Source: the human T2T-CHM13v2.0 reference genome, Homo sapiens. From it: a DNA stretch of 64,000 bases. Position 1 is the stretch's first letter; every line of letters starts with the position of its first letter. A model generated the notes under the pieces. The model did no database searches. It saw only the letters and a list, made by a program, of their open reading frames with translations, and was not told the DNA's origin. This document shows, piece after piece, positions 57,508-64,000 of this stretch. The position numbers were made by a program, and so were the translations under genes. The stretch lies in NCBI RefSeq assembly GCF_009914755.1, contig NC_060925.1; one strand, 5' to 3'.

Positions 57508-58442
57508 TAATGCTTCATTTTTGCCTTCTTCTCACAGACTGAAAAACTGGCTACTACCTAAGTTGAGAGTCCTATGTCCCTTTCACATATTAATTTATTT
57601 CTTGGTTGGCCAGGAGTTTCCAAATATAGACCCATTTCACATTTTATAAAATGACATGAGATGTCATGGAGAAAAGAAAGCTGGGGGCTATGTCCATCAA
57701 TAGTATGTTTTGCTTGGCAGAATTCTAAAGTATATTCTGGAATAAATAATGGTATGTGTTCTATTTTCTACAGCAACTCAAAATATATTCAACAAATCGA
57801 TATCTAAGTGGGCCATTTAAATTTATTAACACATAACCTACCCTGTTCCAGAATTTGAAGAAATGTACTGGCTGGATTAAAGTTACAAATAAGTGAGTTG
57901 TCAGGATTATATCATTTATGTTACTTTGAATGTAAATGAGTATTCGAATATATTAATAATAGATGGTATTTCTATTACAATCTACTTCACTTCCACTATC
58001 AGATGCCAAATAGGGAGAATAAGTGGATTATAATTCATTAAGAAAAAGATAAACAACAGAGAAAGCTTTTCCTTTTCTTGCAAAGAGCTAAATTGAACTA
58101 TTCACTCACAGAAATAATTAACATTTTACTTAGTTTTACATTAACAAAATCTTTGAGGACTAGAGACAACAAAGTAATATAACATTTCATTTTAAAGTTT
58201 TAGTCTCATTTTAAACGTTTTTAAACCATATTTTAAATATGTATTTACATCTCTAATCTCTTCTAATAACTTTCTAATAACTGCTTGTATATAACAGTAA
58301 CTGTTTAAAAATTCCTTGAGTAAGTCTGAACTTCATTATGATGCTATCTTTGACTTCCCCCATTATCTCCAATAAAGATCTAAGTTGTTTTGTTTTCTTG
58401 TTTGCTTCACCAGTAACAGACAAATCTCACAAAAGAGTATTA

Positions 58443-58652
<210 letters not shown>

Positions 58653-59067
58653 TTAGCCAGGCGTGGTGGTATGCGCCTATAATCCCAGCTACTTGGGAGG
58701 CTAAGGCAAGAGAATCGCTTGAACCCAGGAGGCGGAGGTTGCAAGTGAGCCAACATCACGCCACTGTATTCCAGTTTGGGCAATGAGAGCGAAACTCCAG
58801 CCGGGGGCGGCGGGGGAGAAAAAAAAAAGAGAAAAGTTCATGTGATCTGAAGAGAAACCAGGGTATACTATTCTCAAATGTTTACTTGCAAAGCTTTTTG
58901 GGAAGATATTTGCAGGCATTAAAAATGTATCAAAGTCAGCATTCTTACCTCAAAACAGCACCATTAAATAGCCTTTTTAATTGCTAACGATATAAATCTT
59001 AGACTATGCTGCCATTAAGATAATTGTCAGTTATTTTATTAGAAATATACAATATATTTTTTTTTAG

Positions 59068-59674
<607 letters not shown>

Positions 59675-60183
59675 TGATCCGCCTGCCTCGCACTCCCAAA
59701 GTGCTGGGATTACCTCCACCTCTCAGGTTCAAGCGATTCTCCTGCCTCAGCCTCCCAAGTAGCTGGGATTACAGGCATGCGTCACCATGCCCGGCTAATT
59801 TTGTATTTTTAGTAAAGACAGGGTTTCTCCATGTTGGTCAAGCTGGTCTCGAACTCTCAACCTCAGGTGATCCACTCACCTCGGCCTCCCAAAGTGCTGG
59901 GATTACAGGCGTGAGCCACTGTGCCCGGCCTCAAAGGAAAATTATTATGCCTTAATTTGTGACAATCATTTTATTCTCTGTTAGCATATACACAAACATT
60001 TTGTTCCCTCTCATTTGTGAGGTCAGAATTTATGATGATTAGTAAATAAAACCAAGTCAATAACCAAGAAATGGCATCATGATTCTGTAGAATCCTGTGA
60101 CATCAGCATCTGTGTGCCGTGTTGCTTCACAGGTTCTGGCTAACTTCATTCTAACCTTGGAACAGAAGTAAAGAAGTTAGGAG

Positions 60184-60815
60184 CAGGGGTCCTTAGACTC
60201 TGGTGCCAGGGATTCCTTTGGCCATTTAGTAAAACTTATGGAACCCTTGTCAGAATAATGTTTTCTTTTTTTAATATAATTTTATTTTTTTTTCTTAAAC
60301 AAATAGAGACAGGGTTTCGCCATGCTGCCCAGTCTGCTCTTGAACTCCTGGGCTCAAGTGATCCACCCACCTCAGCCTCCCAAGTGCTGGGATTACAGAC
60401 GTGAGCCACGTGCCCAGACAGAATAATGTTTTTAAATGCATAAAATAAAATGCAAAGATAGAACTGTCAAAATACTTTAATTGCAATTAACAATGTGCTT
60501 TTAAAAAATAAAATAAGATCCAGCAGTGGGTCTAATAATCACACTAATTTTGAGGTAGTGATAAGCTTAAACAATTTCAAGATAGCTATAACAGCTGCAT
60601 TATGGTATGAAGTACATGATTTCTACTGGTGACAAAGTCACAGGTACTGCTAATACAACTATGGTTTGTTGCCTACACTCATATTTGAATGAAATTCCAA
60701 GTTTTAGTTATAGGTTAATGAAAAGATATAATATTTTTCCCCCAAACAAGTTCACAGACCCCTCGAATTCAATAGACCTTAGGGGATCAATATGCAGACC
60801 CCAGGATAAAAATTT
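60184..60815. mobile_element. MER119-like hAT-Charlie element with Alu monomer inside
   Basis: caggggtcctta start; Alu 60265-60418 flanked by TSD cagaataatgtttt. Confidence 0.55.
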
Positions 60816-61566
60816 CTCATATAGGAACAGAAGAGCAGGTCAATAAAGTACAAACATAAGTTTTGGTTTCCAAAACTCAATAAGACAAATTACAAAGGCC
60901 CTGTTACCTCCAAAATAGTCTAACACACCACAGCAGTGTATAGACTTTCATTCATTCAATAATCTTCAAAAGGTTTGTGTAGGAAGAGCAAAATCAGAAG
61001 GAAGACATATTTTTCAATCAATGATCAAATATATAGCTTACGATATCAGTAGATTTTGAGGAAATTCTCCTATACTAAGGCTAAGTCATTGTAATTAAGT
61101 CAGATTCAACAATATCATGAGTTGTGATTAGCAACATGATAGTGTAGATAACCAACAGAGTTGGATCTTACTCTGCAGGACAAATGGTCAGTGACACCCT
61201 TCAATGGCTCAGCCCATGCAGCTGCCTCACTGGTGTGGTGGATGTGAACCCTTCTTATCATTATGCATACTGTGATCCCAGAAGATTGTTATTGCTGGAC
61301 AGGTGAGGTAGCTCACACCTGTAATCCCAGCACTTTGGGATGCCAAGGCAGGAGGATGGCTTGGGGCCAGGAGTTTGAGGCCAGCCTGGGTAACATAGTG
61401 AGACCCTATCACTAAAAAAATGTTTAAATAAATTAGCTGAGCATTATGGCCCATGCCTGTAGTCCTAGCTACTCAAGAGGCTGAGGTGGCTCTGCTTGAG
61501 CCCAGGAGTTACAGGCTGCAGTGAACCATGATGGTTTCACTGTACTCCAGCCTGGGCGACAGAGTG

Positions 61567-61650
61567 AATTTATAAATTTATAAATTATAATTTATAGATT
61601 TATAAAATTATAATTTATAAATTTAGAATGTATAAATTCTATACATTCTA
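61567..61650. repeat. AT-rich palindromic insert
   Basis: 20-bp perfect inverted repeat 61574-61593/61605-61624 and 11-bp inverted repeat 61624-61634/61640-61650. Confidence 0.9.
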
Positions 61651-62845
61651 TCTTTAAAAAAAAGATTGTTATTGCATTTTAATCTCTTCTCAGGATGACA
61701 CTAGGAACCAAACATGCCACCTAAACTAGTCCTTCCATTCATTGTAAAAATCTCCTATAACACTCCCTTCCTGCAAAGAGAAAAATATATAAACTAGGTA
61801 GCAGTATTACAAATGAAAAGTGGGGGGTTGGACGAGAAATAACAAAAGGGACAAGAGATTGGCACCAACTGCATGTGGTAGGGCAGGGGGGCCTACTAGG
61901 AGAAATATTAAGAAGATTCAGAGGTTTTAAGCCTGGCTACCTTCAAGAATGGTAGAATCAGAAGAAAAAAACTAGGTTTGGAGGATGAAGGAAAGTTGAG
62001 AACAGGCAGAGATAATGAGCTTTAAGTGACATATTAAGTTCAAAATGCCCAAGAAGCAACTGGAAAAGCAGATCATCAATAAGAGTGTTCAACCCCTGTC
62101 CTTGAGGAACTTACAATCTGGAATCCTTTTATAGCTAAAGATTTGGATTTAGTAGTGATTCTACTAGGTATTCTCTAAAAGCTGTGGGAACAGCAAAGTC
62201 CTCCAAGAAAGAGCATGAAAGACCAAAAGAAACGCCATAAATTTAAGGACAAAAATTTTAAATATTCTAAATACTAAAAGCCATTTGAAATGTTAACATC
62301 AAGTGCTAAAAACACTTTTACAACTTAAAATAGTGGCCTTTTAAGAGGATATACCTCAATACATTTAAATACATTTCCAGAAAACGACAGTGTCTCAATA
62401 ACATAGCATATTGTATTAAAACATAAACTTTAACTTGTCCTTCCTATTCAAACTGTACCTCTCTTTATAGAGGTATTCTAGTTAAATTAAAAATAAATGG
62501 TAGAATTAAAGGCATAATTATTTCCACTTGCAAACCACTAGTGAAATAATGAAAACAGGCTATTAGTGTAGTACAAAGAGGGATAACCAAATATATGCCT
62601 CCTGAAGGAAGTACACACCAATATCTAGGAATTATACTTGTCCTCTCCCCCAACACTCCCACTCGGAAATCAAACCTGAACTAAATTTGTTCAGTCTTCA
62701 ATCTAGCTACCAATTTACAAGAAATACAAAGGATAGAGGGACATATTAAACTAGGACATGTTAAATCTATACCTGAGGGACATATTCATCAACATCCAGG
62801 ATGAGAGAAACCGGAGGAAAAATGGCCTGGTTCCTTCAACAAATA

Positions 62846-62930
62846 TTAGGTTGGTGCAAACATAATTGCGGTTTTTCAATTGCCATTGAAAGTAATGGCA
62901 AAAACCACAATGACATTTGCACCAACCTTA
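62846..62930. mobile_element. MADE1 (Hsmar1 MITE)
   Basis: ttaggttggtgcaaa...tttgcaccaacctta terminal inverted repeats, ~85 bp hairpin. Confidence 0.9.
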
Positions 62931-64000
62931 CAAGGAAAATACATTACGAGGAAAATAATTAAGATGAGGGAACCTATAGATTAAAAAGTTTAAGAGACAT
63001 CCCAAACAAATGTAATATGTTACCTTGTTTGGACCCCAAATCAAACCAACCAATTATTTAAAAACAACTGAGGAATATTTGAATACTGACTGGATATTTG
63101 GCGATGTTAATTTTTAAAGGTAGGGTAATGGCATTGTGGTTATGACTTTCTCGAGAGTTATCTTTCAGATATCTATATTGAAATAAAACAAATGAAATCA
63201 TTTGTAGAATTTGCTTCACAGTAATCCAGTAGGGTCTGGGGAAAGTAGATAGGGGAAGAGAGAAATCGTGTCGCTCAACTCTTTGTGTTTTGAAATTTTC
63301 CATACTTAACTGTTCAAAAGGGAAAAAAGAAAAACACCATTCTCAGGGGTTGCCAACAAAAACTGAAAACAACAGTTTGAATTTTGTCTCCAAGCCTTAC
63401 AAGCTGAGCAGCCCTGGTCTAGTCACACAACTTTTTAGTGTCCCTATTGGTTAAATGGAGACAAACAAATACCACCTAATAAACTCGTATTTGTTCAAGC
63501 CAGAAACCTGGGTTATATCCTTAACGTCTCTGACTTTCCCAGTCTCCCACATCTGGTCTCCACCAAATCCTCCACCAAATCCTGTCTGTTTCTCTACCAA
63601 ATCCTGTCTTGTCCATCACTGTGGTCTCACACCACTCCAACAGCCTCCTTTCAGCCTGTTCTCCATATTGCATCCAAAGTGATGTTCCTAAAACACAAAA
63701 TCCAATCAGGTTATCCCCAGCCCCACTGAAAATCCTTTTTTTTTTTTTTTTTTTTTGAAACAGAGTCTTGCTCTGTCGCCTGAGCTGAGCTGAAGTGCAG
63801 TGGTGTGATCTCAGTTTTCATTGCAGCCTCCACCTCCTGGGTTCAAGCTGTTCTCCTGTATCAGCCTCCCAAGTAGCTGGGATTACAGAAGCATGCCACC
63901 ATGCCTGGCTAATTTTTTGTATTTTTAATAGAGACAGGGTTTCACCATGTTGGCCAGGCTGGTCTTGAACTCCTGACCTCAAGTGATCCACCCGCCTTGG

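Overview
Human (hominid) genomic DNA matching the SLC16A1 (MCT1) locus. All four coding exons of SLC16A1 lie on the minus strand (ATG 39882, stop 24449; 217+144+867+275 = 1503 nt, 500 aa, all introns GT-AG), followed by a ~2 kb 3'UTR. The non-coding exon 1 and promoter lie beyond the right edge. Intron 2 holds an antisense processed AKR7A pseudogene. The left ~15 kb is a stack of nested transposons: an old ERV1 internal region and its LTR, interrupted by an RPL39 retrocopy with an intact ORF, LTR8, LTR12C, a HERV-W LTR17 fragment, many Alus and a human-specific SVA_F1 carrying captured MAST2 exon-1 sequence. About 60 Alu copies or fragments explain most ORFs in the supplied track. I see no new prokaryote-style system. 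The best leads are the SVA_F1 (5' exon capture, probable cap-derived G, Kozak-flanked chimeric ORF, 3' transduction tag), two retrocopies each nested in an Alu A-tail, an AKR7 retrocopy that looks AKR7A3/AKR7L-derived, an intronic-polyadenylation MCT1 isoform and an AT-rich palindrome. Repeat family names and reference protein sequences are recalled from memory, not searched; repeat boundaries are approximate unless a TSD is quoted.
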